A stretch of 64,000 nucleotides of DNA, taken from NCBI GenBank assembly GCA_963724685.1, contig CAVRVQ010000007.1, forward strand, positions 284,668-348,667, written 5' to 3'. The notes under the pieces were generated by a model. The model worked only from the letters and a program-made list of their open reading frames with translations. It ran no database searches and was not told the DNA's origin. Positions 34,834 through 46,441 of this stretch are shown one piece after another (within the stretch, counting starts at the first letter, position 1; the number at the start of each line of letters is the position of its first letter). Both the position numbers and the translations under genes were made by a program. Origin of the DNA: an uncultured beta proteobacterium. GTDB taxonomy: Bacteria; Pseudomonadota; Gammaproteobacteria; Burkholderiales; Casimicrobiaceae.

Positions 34834-37800
34834 GTGCAAGAACGTCCTGAAGGATCGCCCCATTGGCCGCCGTCGCGCCAGGGCCTGTACGATCCCGCGC
34901 ATGAGCGCGATGCGTGCGGCCTCGGTTTCATCGCCCATATCAAAGGTCAGAAGCGTCACGCCATCATAACGCAGGCGCTGTCCATCCTGCGCAATCTCTC
35001 GCACCGCGGCGCCACGGGCGCGGATCCGCTGCAAGGCGACGGTGCGGGCATCCTGATCCAGCTCCCCGACCGGTTCCTGCGCAAGGCGTGCGGAGCGCAG
35101 GGCCTCACGCTGCCGGCCATCGGCCAGTACGGCGTTGGCATGGTGTTCCTGCCGAAGGAGCCGGCGTCGCGGATGGCGTGCGAGCAGGAGATCGAGCGCG
35201 CGGTGGCGAGCGAGGGCCAGATCCTCCTCGGTTGGCGCGACGTGCCCACGGACAGCAGCGGACTCTCCGAGCGGACGAAGGACGTCGAGCCGGTCATCCG
35301 GCAGGTCTTCATCGCGCGCGGATCGACGGCGATGGACGACGATGCGCTGGAGCGCAAGCTCTACATCATCCGCAAGAAGTCGGGCCACGCGATCCAGGCG
35401 CTGCGGCTTCGCCACGGCAAGGAGTTCTACGTGCCGTCGATGTCGTCGCGCACCCTCGTCTACAAGGGGATGCTGCTCGCGCACCAGGTCGGCGAATACT
35501 TTCCCGATCTCACCGACGAGTCCATGGTGTCGGCGCTCGCGATGGTGCATCAGCGCTTCTCGACCAACACGTTTCCGACGTGGGATCTCGCGCACCCGTT
35601 CCGGCTCGTCTGCCACAACGGCGAGATCAATACGCTGCGCGGCAACGTCAACTGGATCCGCGCGCGCCAGCAGGGCATCGCGAGCACGGTGCTGGGCGAG
35701 GATCTCGACAAGATCTGGCCGCTGATCTACGACGGCCAGTCGGATTCCGCGTCGTTCGACAACGCGCTCGAGCTCCTGGTGATGGGCGGCTACTCGCTCG
35801 CGCACGCGATGATGCTGATGATTCCCGAGGCCTGGGCCGGCAATCCGCTGATGGACGAGGACCGCCGCGCGTTCTACGAATATCACGCGGCGCTGATGGA
35901 GCCCTGGGACGGGCCTGCGGCGATGGCGTTCACCGACGGCCGGCAGATCGGCGCGACGCTCGACCGGAACGGCCTGCGGCCGGCGCGCTTCATCGTCACC
36001 GACGACGACTACATCGTGATGGCCTCCGAGGTCGGCGTGCTCGACATCCCGGAGCGAAAGATCGTCACGAAGTGGCGCCTGCAGCCGGGCAAGATGCTCC
36101 TGGTCGACACCGAGCAGGGCCGCATCATCGACGACGCGGAATTGAAGCGCACGCTCGCCACGGCGAAGCCGTATCGGCAGTGGATCGAACGCTCGCGGAT
36201 CGCGCTCGACGACCTGCCGGAGCCCGCGCCGCCGCAGCCCACCGAGGTGCCGCTGCTCGACCGCCAGCAGGCGTTCGGTTACACGCAGGAGGATCTCAAG
36301 GTGATCCTCGCGCCGATGGCCCGCTTGGGCGAGGAGGCGATCGGCTCGATGGGCAACGACGCTGCGCTCCCGGTTCTGTCCCGGCGGCCGAAGGTCTTCT
36401 ACAGCTATTTCAAGCAGCTGTTCGCGCAGGTGACGAATCCGCCGATCGATCCGATCCGCGAAGAGCTCGTGATGTCGCTCGTCACGTTCATCGGACCGCG
36501 GCCGAACCTGCTGGCCGTGGATGTCCCCGCGGACGCGGTGGATCTGCCGATGCGCCTCGAAGCGCAGCAGCCGATTCTCACGAACGGCGCGATGGAGAAG
36601 ATCCGGCATGCCGCGCTGTTCACCGGCGGCGCGTTCAAGGCCTTCGAGCTCGACATCTGCTATCCGGCGGCGTGGGGCGCGAACGGCATGGAAGCGGCGC
36701 TCGCGTCGCTCTCGGCGGCGGCGGAGGACGCCATACACTCGGGCTACAACATCCTGATCGTGTCCGATCGCAAGGTGTCGGTCGATCTGCTGCCGATTCC
36801 CGCGCTGCTCGCCACCGCGGCCGTGCACCAGCACCTCGTCCGCAAGGGGCTGCGCACCAGCACCGGCCTCGTGGTCGAGACGGGCTCCGCGCGCGAGGTG
36901 CATCACTTCGCACTGCTCGCGGGCTACGGCGCCGAGGCCATCCATCCGTACCTGGCGCTCGAGACGCTGCCGTCGCTGGCCGGTCCCGAATCCCGCGCGT
37001 CGGAGGCGGAGCTGGCGAAGCGCTTCATCAAGGCGATCTCGAAGGGGCTCTACAAGGTGATGTCGAAGATGGGCATCTCCACGTACCAGTCGTATTGCGG
37101 GGCCCAGATCTTCGAGGCCGTCGGCTTGCAGCGCGATTTCATCGCCAAGTATTTCACCGGCACGTCGAGCAACGTCGAAGGCATCGGGCTGTTCGAGATC
37201 GCGGAGGAGGCGCACCGGCTGCACCGGGCCGCGTTCGGCCATGACCCGCTGCTCGACCACGCGCTCGACGCGGGCGGCGAGTACTACTACCGGATCCGCG
37301 GCGAAGACCACATGTGGACGCCGGATTCGATCGCGAAGCTGCAGCATGCCGCGCGCACGGGCAATGCGCAGACCTACAAGGAGTACGCCGCGCTCATCAA
37401 CGACCAGACGAAGCGGATGCTGACGCTGCGCGGACTCTTCGAGTTCCGGTTCGCGCCGACACCGGTTCCGCTGGCGGAGGTCGAGCCGGCCGCGGAGATC
37501 GTGAAGCGCTTCGCCACCGGCGCGATGAGCCTGGGATCGATCTCCACCGAGGCGCACGCGACGCTCGCCATCGCGATGAACCGCATCGGCGGCAAGTCGA
37601 ACACCGGCGAAGGCGGCGAGGATGCGCAGCGCTATCCGCTCGCGAAGGCCGGGGAGACGCTGAAGTCGCGGATCGGCGCGGTCGTCGGTGACATTCCGCT
37701 GCAAGGAAGGCGACTCGCTGCGCTCGAAGATCAAGCAGGTGGCCTCGGCCCGCTTCGGCGTGACCGCCGAGTATCTCGTGAATGCCGACCAGCTGCAGAT

Positions 37801-39570
37801 CAAGATCGCGCAGGGCGCGAAACCGGGCGAAGGCGGCCAGTTGCCCGGCCACAAGGTCTCGGGTTACATCGCGCAGCTCCGTTACGCGGTGCCCGGCGTC
37901 GGCCTCATTTCGCCGCCGCCGCACCACGACATCTACTCGATCGAGGATCTCGCGCAGCTGATCCACGACCTCAAGAACGCGAATTCGCAGCGCGTCGATC
38001 TCGGTGAAGCTCGTGTCCGAGGTCGGCGTGGGCACCGTGGCCGCCGGCGTGGCGAAAGCCAAGGCGGACCACGTGACGATCGCCGGGCACGACGGCGGCA
38101 CGGGCGCGTCGCCCGAATCGTCGATCAAGCACGCGGGCACGCCGTGGGAGCTCGGTCTCGCCGAAACGCAGCAGACGCTGGTGCTGAACCGTCTCCGCGG
38201 CCGCATCGCGGTGCAGGTGGACGGCCAGATCAAGACCGGCCGCGATGTCGTCGTCGGCGCGATGCTCGGGCGCCGACGAGTTCGGCTTCTCCACGGCCCC
38301 GCTCGTCGTCGAGGGCTGCATCATGATGAGGAAGTGCCACCTCAACACGTGTCCGGTCGGCATCGCGACGCAGGATCCGGAGCTCCGCCGAAAATTCACC
38401 GGACAGCCCGAACACGTCGTCAACTACTTCTTCTTCGTGGCCGAGGAAGTGCGCGAGCTGATGGCGAAGCTCGGCATGCGCAAGTTCGAGGACCTGATCG
38501 GCCGGTCCGATCTGCTCGACATGCGGCGCGGCATCGACCACTGGAAGGCGGGTGGGCTCGACTTCTCGCGGATCTTCTACCAGCCGCCGATGCCGGCCGA
38601 CGTGGCCCGCCGGCACTGCGAAACGCAGGATCACGGCCTCGTCGGCGCGCTCGATCACCAGCTGATCGCCGCAGCGGCGCCGGCCATCGAGAAAGAGACG
38701 CCCGTGCGGCTCGCGCACAAGATCCGCAACGCCAACCGCTCGGTCGGCGCGATGCTGTCGGGCGCGGTCGCGCGGAAGCACGGGCACGCAGGGCTCGCCG
38801 AGGACACGATCCATGTGGCCTTCGAAGGCGTGGCCGGCCAGAGTTTCGGCGCCTTTCTCGCGCGCGGAATCACGTTCGAGCTGCAGGGCGCCACCAACGA
38901 TTACGTCGGCAAGGGATCTTTCCGGCGGGCGCATCGTCGTCTACCCGGATCCCGCGTGCCCGGCGATACCCGAGGACAACATCGTCATCGGCAACACGGT
39001 GATGTACGGCGCGATCGCCGGCGAAGCCTACTTCCGCGGCGTTGCCGGCGAGCGGTTCTGCGTGCGCAATTCGGGCGCGTCGGCCGTCGTCGAGGGCACC
39101 GGCGATCACGGTTGCGAATACATGACCGGCGGCACGGTCGTCGTGCTGGGAGCCACCGGGCGCAATTTCGCGGCCGGGATGAGCGGCGGCGTGGCGTACG
39201 TGTACGACAACGACGGCGCCTTCGCCAAGCGCTGCAACACGTCGATGGTCGCGCTCGAGCCGCTGTTGCCCGAAGCCGAGCAGGCGAAGGTGGAGCGTGA
39301 CCTCGCCGCCGCCGGCAACGGCCGTCTCCCGCACGCCGGCCGCTCCGACGAATCGCTCGTGCGCGAACTGATCGAGCGGCACCTGCGCTTCACCGGCAGC
39401 ACGCTGGCCCTCGCGATCATCGACGATTGGGAAGCCGCGCGCCGGAAGTTCGTCAAGGTCTTCCCCACCGAGTACAAGCGCGCGCTGACCGAGATGCACG
39501 CGGCGAAAGCAGTCGCAAGGGCAAGTGCTGCGACCGTGAAGGTGGCCGCAGTGGAAGCGGAGCTCGCTGA
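34834..39570 (+). CDS. gltB: Glutamate synthase large subunit; intact for the first 2.85 kb, then frame switches near 37690, 37990, 38260, 38915 and probably ~39550
   Basis: GTG 34834 (GGTGAGG 5 nt upstream), then [23 protein letters not shown] (Ntn Cys). ORF 34612-38007 continues in ORFs 37688, 38004, 38245 and 38813. A TGA at 39568-39570 directly abuts the gltD ATG but is out of frame with the last fragment. Confidence 0.93.
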
Positions 39571-41010
39571 ATGGGCAAGATCACGGGCTTCATGGAGCTC
39601 GCGCGCATCCAGGAGGCGTCGCTGCCGCCGCAGGAGCGCGTGACGAACTATCGCGAGTTCGTGCTGGCGCTCACCGACGACGCCGCGTCGAAGCAGGGCG
39701 CGCGCTGCATGGACTGCGGCATCCCCTTCTGCCAGACCGGCTGCCCGGTCAACAACATCATTCCCGACTGGAACGACCTCGTCTACCAGAAGCAGTGGCG
39801 CGAGGCGCTCGACGTGCTGCACTCGACGAACAATTTTCCGGAGTTCACCGGCCGCATCTGCCCCGCGCCGTGCGAGGCCGCGTGCACGCTCAACATCAAC
39901 GACGACGCCGTCGGCATCAAGTCGATCGAGCACTTCATCATCGACAAGGGCTGGGACGAAGGCTGGGTCGTGCCGCTGCCGCCAGCGACGAAATCCGGCA
40001 AGCGCGTGGCGGTCGTGGGCTCGGGACCCGCCGGGCTCGCCTGCGCGCAGCAGCTGGCGCGTGCGGGACACGACGTGGTGCTCTACGAGAAGGCCGATCG
40101 CATCGGCGGCCTGCTCCGCTACGGCATTCCCGACTTCAAGATGGAGCGGCACCTGATCGATCGACGCATGGCGCAGATGTCGATCGAGGGTGTCGAATTC
40201 CGGCCGGGCGTGCACGTCGGCAAGGATGTCTCGGCCGCGTCGCTGCCTCGCCGAGTACGCCGCCGTCGTCCTGACCGGCGGCGCGGAAGCGCCGCGCGAC
40301 CTTCCGGTGCCGGGCCGCGATCTCGCCGGCATCCACTACGCGATGGAGTTCCTGCCGCAACAGAACCGCGTCGTGGCGGGCGACAAGGTGCCGGGCCAGA
40401 TCCTGGCGACGGGAAAGCATGTCGTCGTGATCGGCGGCGGCGACACGGGATCGGACTGTGTGGGTACATCGAACCGCCAGCGCGCGAAGTCGATCACCCA
40501 GTTCGAGCTCCTGCCGCAGCCGCCGGAACAGGAGGACAAGCCGGTCGTGTGGCCGTACTGGCCGATCAAGCTCCGCACGTCGTCGTCGCACCAGGAAGGC
40601 TGCATGCGCGACTGGGCGGTGGCCACCAAGCGCTTCGAGGGCAGCAACGGGCGGGTCGAGAAGCTGATCGCGGTGCGCGTCGAGTGGCAGAGGGACGCGA
40701 ACGGGGCGCATGAAGATGGTCGAGATCGCCGGGTACCGAGTTCGAGATGAAGGCCGACCTCGTGCTGCTCGCGATGGGCTTCGTCGGCCCGGTACGCGAG
40801 GGCCTGCTGGAAGAGCTCGGCGTCGAGCGCGATCCGCGCAGCAACGTGCGCGCCGACACGGAGAATTACCAGACGTCGGTGCCGAAGGTGTTCGCGGCCG
40901 GCGACATGCGCCGCGGCCAGTCGCTCGTGGTCTGGGCGATCCGCGAAGGCCGGCAGTGCGCGCGCGCCGTCGACCTGTTCCTCACCGGCAGCACCGAACT
41001 CCCCCGCTGA
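39571..41010 (+). CDS. gltD: Glutamate synthase small subunit; frame switches near 40240, 40705, 40735
   Basis: [15 protein letters not shown] ... [19 protein letters not shown] ... [22 protein letters not shown] (ORF 39571); [19 protein letters not shown] ... [16 protein letters not shown] (ORF 40190); C-terminus in ORF 40747-41010. Confidence 0.92.
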
Positions 41011-41081
41011 TTCGACGACGGATCGTCGCCACCGGCCGCTCGTGCCTTGCCGGGCGCGCGTCGCGCCGTTACGCTCCCGCG

Positions 41082-42224
41082 ATGCCGCACACTCGAAAAC
41101 GACGTATTCCTCCGCGCGCTGCGCCGCGAGCCCACGCCCTACACGCCGGTGTGGCTGATGCGCCAGGCAGGGCGCTACCTGCCCGAATACAACGCGACGC
41201 GCGCGAAAGCGGGCAGTTTTCTCGCGCTCGCGAAGACGCCTTCGCTCGCGACCGAGGTCACGCTGCAACCGCTCGACCGGTTTCCGCTCGATGCGGCCAT
41301 CCTGTTCTCGGACATCCTGACCATTCCCGACGCCATGGGTCTCGGACTCCATTTCGCCGCCGGAGAGGGTCCGCGGTTCGAGCGCACGACCGCGGACGAG
41401 GACTCGATCGCGAAGCTCGAGGTTCCGGACATGGCCGGGCTTCGCTACGTGTTCGACGCGGTCCGCGAGATCAAGCGCGCGCTCCACGGCACGCGTGCCG
41501 TCTGATCGGGTTTGCCGGCAGCCCGTTCACTCTCGCGTGCTACATGATCGAGGGCGCCGGGAGTTCCGACTTCGCGTCGGTGCGCCGCATGGCGTACGGC
41601 CGGCCCGACCTGCTGCAACGCCTCGTCGACGTGAACGCGCGCGCGGTGGCCGCCTATCTCGACGAGCAGATCGCAGCCGGCGCCGATGCGGTGATGATCT
41701 TCGACACGTGGGGCGGCTTGCTGACGACCCGTGCCTACCACGCGTTCTCGCTCGATTCGATGCGATCGGTGCTGGCGGCGTTGCGACCCGGACCGGACGG
41801 GCGGAAGGTGCCTGCGATCGTCTTCACGAAAGGCGGTGGGCAATGGCTCGATTCGATCGCGGAGTGCGGCGCCGCGTGCGTCGGGCTCGACTGGACGGTC
41901 GATCTTGCGGCGGCCCGCGCGCGCGTGGGCCATCGCGTGGCGCTGCAGGGCAATCTCGATCCGCTGGCGCTCCTTGCGGATGCGGAAGCGGTCGCGCGCG
42001 AAGCGACGGCCGTCGTTCGGGCGGCGGGCCCGGCGCCGGGCCACATCTTCAATCTCGGGCACGGCATCGTTCCCGCGACGCCTCCCGACAACGTTGCGGT
42101 GCTGGTCGAGACGGTGCACCGTGAATCGCGCAGCCGGCCGCGCCGGGAGTTGAAGCGCCGGCTCTCCTCGCGTCACATGGCGGCGGGTCCCATGCCGAGA
42201 AATGAATTCGAGGGAGGGGCTTGA
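41082..42224 (+). CDS. hemE: Uroporphyrinogen decarboxylase; frame switches just after the ATG (~41090) and near 41490
   Basis: ATG 41082 (MPH), then [34 protein letters not shown] ... (ORF 41047-41505), then [19 protein letters not shown] ... IFNLGHGI ... in ORF 40710-42224. Confidence 0.9.
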   Translation: MPHTRKRRIPPRAAPRAHALHAGVADAPGRALPARIQRDARESGQFSRAREDAFARDRGHAATARPVSARCGHPVLGHPDHSRRHGSRTPFRRRRGSAVRAHDRGRGLDREARGSGHGRASLRVRRGPRDQARAPRHACRLIGFAGSPFTLACYMIEGAGSSDFASVRRMAYGRPDLLQRLVDVNARAVAAYLDEQIAAGADAVMIFDTWGGLLTTRAYHAFSLDSMRSVLAALRPGPDGRKVPAIVFTKGGGQWLDSIAECGAACVGLDWTVDLAAARARVGHRVALQGNLDPLALLADAEAVAREATAVVRAAGPAPGHIFNLGHGIVPATPPDNVAVLVETVHRESRSRPRRELKRRLSSRHMAAGPMPRNEFEGGA

Positions 42225-42318
42225 CAAAGGGCAAAACTCGGTTCCAGGCGGTGCACTTATGCACACGAGAGCGCCTCGTCGGCTGTCCAGGACAGCGGGC
42301 CGGGCTCAGCCTCCGGCG

Positions 42319-42360
42319 ATGAAATATTTAAAACTTTGAAAATAAAAGGAAAAATTTGTT
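42319..42360. other. AT-rich island (6 G/C in 40 nt) flanked by three DnaA-box-like 9-mers
   Basis: GAAATATTTAAAACTTTGAAAATAAAAGGAAAAATTTGTT. The 9-mers are TTATGCACA (~42257), TTACCCACA (~42428) and TTGTCCACA (~42440). Each has one mismatch to TTATCCACA and all share the same orientation. Confidence 0.5.
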
Positions 42361-42381
42361 GCGTTCGATACCGCACGCAAC
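42358..42381 (-). terminator. Terminator-like hairpin readable only on the minus strand
   Basis: Minus strand: GTTGCGT-gcggtatcga-ACGCAAC, then AAATTTTTCCTTTTATTTTC. The stem is modest (7 bp) and three A residues precede the T-run. Confidence 0.3.
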
Positions 42382-42595
42382 GGGTCGTCGATGGACGCCG
42401 GACGGCACGCAAAATCCGGCGGGCCAGTTACCCACAAGATTGTCCACAGAGGTTGTGAACGGAATTTTCCCGGCGTTATAAACCAACGACTTGCCGGAAG
42501 TTGCTGCAGCGCGTGTTGAGCATTTCGCACACTACAAGTTCGCGGGCGGCTGGTGCCGTCGCGCAGCGGTGGCGCCTCCTTCGGCGTTGACGCGC

Positions 42596-44604
42596 ATGGC
42601 CATTGCACGCGTCGCCCTCCCCGTTGCGGCGACCGCCGCTTTCGACTACTGGATTCCCGACGGGCTCGCCGTGAATCGCGGTGCGGTCGTGCACGTTCGC
42701 CTCGCGCGTCGCGCGCTCGCGGGCGTCGTGGTCGACGTCGTACCGGTGTCCGAGGTTCCGCACGACAGTTGCAACCGATCGTCGAGCTGCGGCAGGACGT
42801 GCCGCCGCTGCCCGCGGACGTCCTCGAACTCGCGGAGTTCGTCGCGAAGTACTACCAGGAACCGCTGGGGCTCGTGCTCGCGCAAATGCTGCCGCCGCTC
42901 GCGGCCGTGTCGCGCAAGCCCCGACCTTCGCGCGCGGCAGCCTCGACGCGCGATGCGGAGCATCCCGGCGCGGGAAGAGCGGTGTCGCTCAATCCCGAAC
43001 AGGCGCGAGCGGCAGCAGGCGATCATCGAAGCGCGGGATCGTTCGCTCCGTTTCTTCTGCAAGGTGTCACCGGCAGCGGGAAGACGGAGGTCTACCTGGC
43101 GGCCGCCGCCGCCGCCATCGCCGCCGGTGGACAGGTGCTGATCCTGGTGCCGGAGATCAACCTGACGCCGCAGTTTCGCCAACGCATCGCCGATGCACTG
43201 CCGAGCGAGGAGGACGGTGACGCTGCACAGCCGGCTTCCCGCCGGGCGAGCGCTTGCGCCATTGGTGCGATGCCGCGCGCGGCGATGCCGATCTCGTCCT
43301 GGGCACGCGGCTGGCCGTGTTCACGCCGTTGCCGCGGCTCGGCCTGATCGTCGTCGACGAGGAACACGATCCGTCGTTCAAGCAGCAGGACGGCGTGCGC
43401 TATCACGGCCGCGATGTGGCGATCTGGCGCGCGCGCCAACGGAGCGTGCCGGTGGTGCTCGGCAGCGCCACGCCGTCGCTCGAGACGCTCGTTCACGCGC
43501 AGAAGGTCGCGCTATCGCCGCCTCACGTTGCCGCGGCGCGCGGTGGCTCCGGCCGTCGAAGCCGCGGTCACCTTCGTGCCGAGCCGGGACGCCGCGGCGC
43601 TCGAGGGGATCGGCGCGCCGCTCGAGGCGGCGCTCGCGGCGCGGCTCGACCGAGGGAGAGCAGTCCCTCGTCTTCATCAACCGCCGCGGATTCGCCTTGT
43701 CGCTCCTCTGCTCGTCGTGCGGCTGGCAGGCAGGTTGCCCGCGCTGCAGCGCGCGGCTCGTCGTTCATCGCGAGACGACGGAGCTTCGCTGCCACCACTG
43801 CGGCCATGCCGAGCGGCTGGCGCGGACCTGTCCGGAGTGCGGCAACGTCGATCTCATTCCGCTCGGCCACGGCACGCAGCGGCTCGAGCGCGCGCTCGCC
43901 GCGCGCTTTCCTGGCGCGCGCATCGAGCGCATCGACCGCGACAGCACCCGGCGCAAAGGCGCGTTCGCGGGGGTGCGCGATCGCGTGCATGCGGGCGACG
44001 TCGACATTCTCGTCGGCACGCAGATGCTCGCCAAGGGCCACGATTTCCCCAGGCTCACGCTGGTCGGCGTCGTCGGCGCGGACAATGCGCTCTACAGCGG
44101 CGACTTTCGGGCGACGGAGCGGCTTGCCGCGCTGCTGTTCCAGGTGGCGGGCGTGCGGGCCGCGCCGACCTGCCGGGCGAGGTGATCGTGCAGACGGATT
44201 TCCCGACGCATCCGCTGGCGCGTGCGCTCGCGGCGCACGACTACGAGAGTTTCGCCGAAGTGCTGCTGGCGGAGCGACGAGCCGCGACGCTGCCGCCGTT
44301 CGCGCATCTCGCGATGCTCGTGGCGGAGGCGCCGCGTCGCGACGTGGTCGACGCCTTTCTCGCCGCGGCGAGCGACGCCGGCCGTGCGCTGGCACGCGCG
44401 GAGTCGGACGCCGTCGAGGTGTTTGCCCCGGTGCCGGCCAGCATGCCGCGGCGCGCGGGCCTCGAACGGGGGCAGGTGGTCGCGCATGCGCTCGAACGCG
44501 GCGCGCTGCAGCGATTCCTTCCGCAATGGCGCGGCGCCATCGCCGCCTTGCCGGGCCGGCGCGTGCGCTGGGCGCTCGACGTCGATCCGCTCGGGTTCGC
44601 GTGA
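42596..44604 (+). CDS. priA: Primosomal replication protein N' (PriA helicase); at least six frame switches
   Basis: MAIARVALPVAATAAFDYWIPDGL ...; LLQGVTGSGKTEVYL (Walker A); LIVVDEEHDPSFKQ (DEEH); zinc-finger cysteines CSSCGWQAGCPRCSARLVVHR ... LRCHHCGH ... CPECG; C-terminus ending at 44604. Pieces lie in ORFs 42491, 42553, 43254, 43414 and 43193. Confidence 0.92.
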
Positions 44605-44636
44605 TGCCGGGGCACGGGCGAGAGTGTGCGACCAGC

Positions 44637-44716
44637 TATAATCCGTCATTCCGTCACCGTGGTGACGGAATAACTCCGCGAATTGGAGCGGCGCGTACGG
44701 CGCCGTTCAATTCGCG
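44637..44716 (+). promoter_or_regulatory. Candidate argS promoter (-10 TATAAT) and structured leader with two strong hairpins
   Basis: TATAAT at ~44637-44642. Perfect 10-bp inverted repeat ATTCCGTCAC-cgtg-GTGACGGAAT (~44648-44671). A second hairpin has outer arms CGCGAATTG/CAATTCGCG (~44677-44716) enclosing the palindrome ACGGCGCCGT. Confidence 0.45.
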
Positions 44717-44761
44717 GTTCCCGTGTCAATTTGCCGACCGTGCTTTTTTCGGCGACGTTCT

Positions 44762-46412
44762 ATGACCGATCTTCGCACCCAGCTCGAGAGTACCTGACGC
44801 TCGGCCTGGAGGCCGTCGCGCCGGATCGCGCCGGAGCGACGATCGAGCTCGATCGCCCGAAGCAGCCGGAGCACGGCGACTTCGCGTCGAATGTCGCGCT
44901 CCAGCACGCGAAGGCGCTGAAGCGAAATCCGCGCGAATTCGCGCAGGCGCTGGTGGCCGCGCTGCCGGCCTCCGAACTGGTGGAGAAGGTCGAGATCGCC
45001 GGCGCCGGGTTCATCAACATCTTCGTCACCCGCGCGGCGCGGCAGGCGGTGGTCCGGGACATCCTCGCCGAGGGCGAGCGTTTCGGTCGCGGCAATGCGC
45101 GGAGCGGCGAGCGCGTGATGGTCGAGTTCGTCTCGGCGAATCCGACCGGGCCGCTGCACGTCGGCCACGGCCGCCAGGCGGCGCTGGGCGACGCGCTCGC
45201 GCGCCTCATCGAATGGCAGGGCGCCGCCGTGACCCGCGAGTTCTACTACAACGACGCCGGCCAGCAGATCCAGAATCTGGCCGTCTCGGTGCGGGTGCGC
45301 GCGCAGCAGCTGCTGGGCGAGCACGCCACGCCTGCCGGAGGACGGCTACCGCGGCGACTACATCCGCGAGCTGGCGCAGCGCTATCTGGACGAGGTCGGC
45401 CACGACCTGGGCGACATCGAGTCGATACGCCGCTTCGCCGTGGCCGAGCTGCGCGAGCGAGCAGGATCGCGACCTCATGGCGTTCGGCGTGCGGTTCGAC
45501 AACTACTATCTCGAGAGCTCGCTCTACTCCGACGGACGCGTGGACGCGACGATCGAGCGCCTGACGTGCGTCGGGCAAGACGTACGAGGCCGAGGGCGCG
45601 CTGTGGCTCAAGACCACGGAGTTCGGCGACGACAAGGATCGCGTGATGAGGAAGTCCGACGGCGGGTACACGTATTTCGTGCCCGACGTCGCGTACCACG
45701 TGACGAAGTGGGAGCGCGGATTCACCACCGCGATCAACGTGCAGGGGTCCGACCACCACAGCACGATCACGCGCGTGCGCGCCGGATTGCAGGCGACGGG
45801 CCTCGGCATCCCGCAGGGCTATCCAGCCTATATCATCCACAAGATGGTCACGGTGATGAAGGGCGGCGAGGAGGTCAAGATCAGCAAGCGCGCGGGAAGC
45901 TACCTCACCTTGCGCGAGCTGATCGACGATGCCGGTCGCGACGCCGTGCGCTTCTTCCTGGTGGCGCGCAAGGCCGAGAGCGAGTTCACGTTCGACATCG
46001 ATCTCGCGCGGTCGCAGACGCTCGACAATCCCGGTCTACTACGTGCAGTACGCGAACGCGCGCGTCGAATCGGTGATGCGCCAGGCCGGCATCGCGCAGG
46101 AGGGACGCGCCGGCCGCGTTGCGCGATGCCGATCTCGCTCCGCTCACGAGTCCGTTCGAGGATGCGCTGTTGCGCCGCCTCGCGGCGTTCCCGGCCGAGC
46201 TCGCACTCGCGGCGCGCGAACTCGCGCCGCATCTCGTGACGGCCTACCTCAAGGAACTGGCCGCCGAATTTCACAGTTACTATAATGCCGAGCGGTTCCT
46301 GGTCGAGGAGCCCGCCACGCAGCGCGCGCGCCTGGCCCTCGCGGCGGCGACCGGGCAGATCGTGCGCAACGGTCTCGCCGTTCTCGGGATCAGCGCGCCG
46401 GATCAGATGTGA
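44762..46412 (+). CDS. argS: Arginine--tRNA ligase; about seven frame switches
   Basis: ATGACCGATCTTCGCACC (MTDLRTQLE), then [12 protein letters not shown] ... [16 protein letters not shown] (HIGH motif) in ORF 44683. Later parts are in ORFs 45213, 45440, 45643, 45929 and 46119-46412 (ending ISAPDQM). Confidence 0.9.
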
Positions 46413-46441
46413 TCGCCAACGCCTCCAGGACGAACCTCGCC

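Noticed and set aside
34741-37854. 1037-aa minus-strand ORF antisense to gltB. Similar long shadow ORFs are at 5603-7834, 8696-10093, 28868-30157, 31842-32960 and 33147-34628 (plus).
   Set aside because: Each is the mirror of a strongly conserved gene on the other strand. Each has Arg/Asp/His-rich or Arg/Ala/Pro-rich composition typical of antisense frames in high-GC genomes. No motifs are present.
42250-42450. Calling the hemE-priA spacer the chromosomal replication origin outright
   Set aside because: There are only three imperfect DnaA-type boxes. Flanking genes do not diverge in orientation. No dnaA/dnaN/par/gid genes are nearby. I kept it as a hypothesis in the findings rather than as a feature call.
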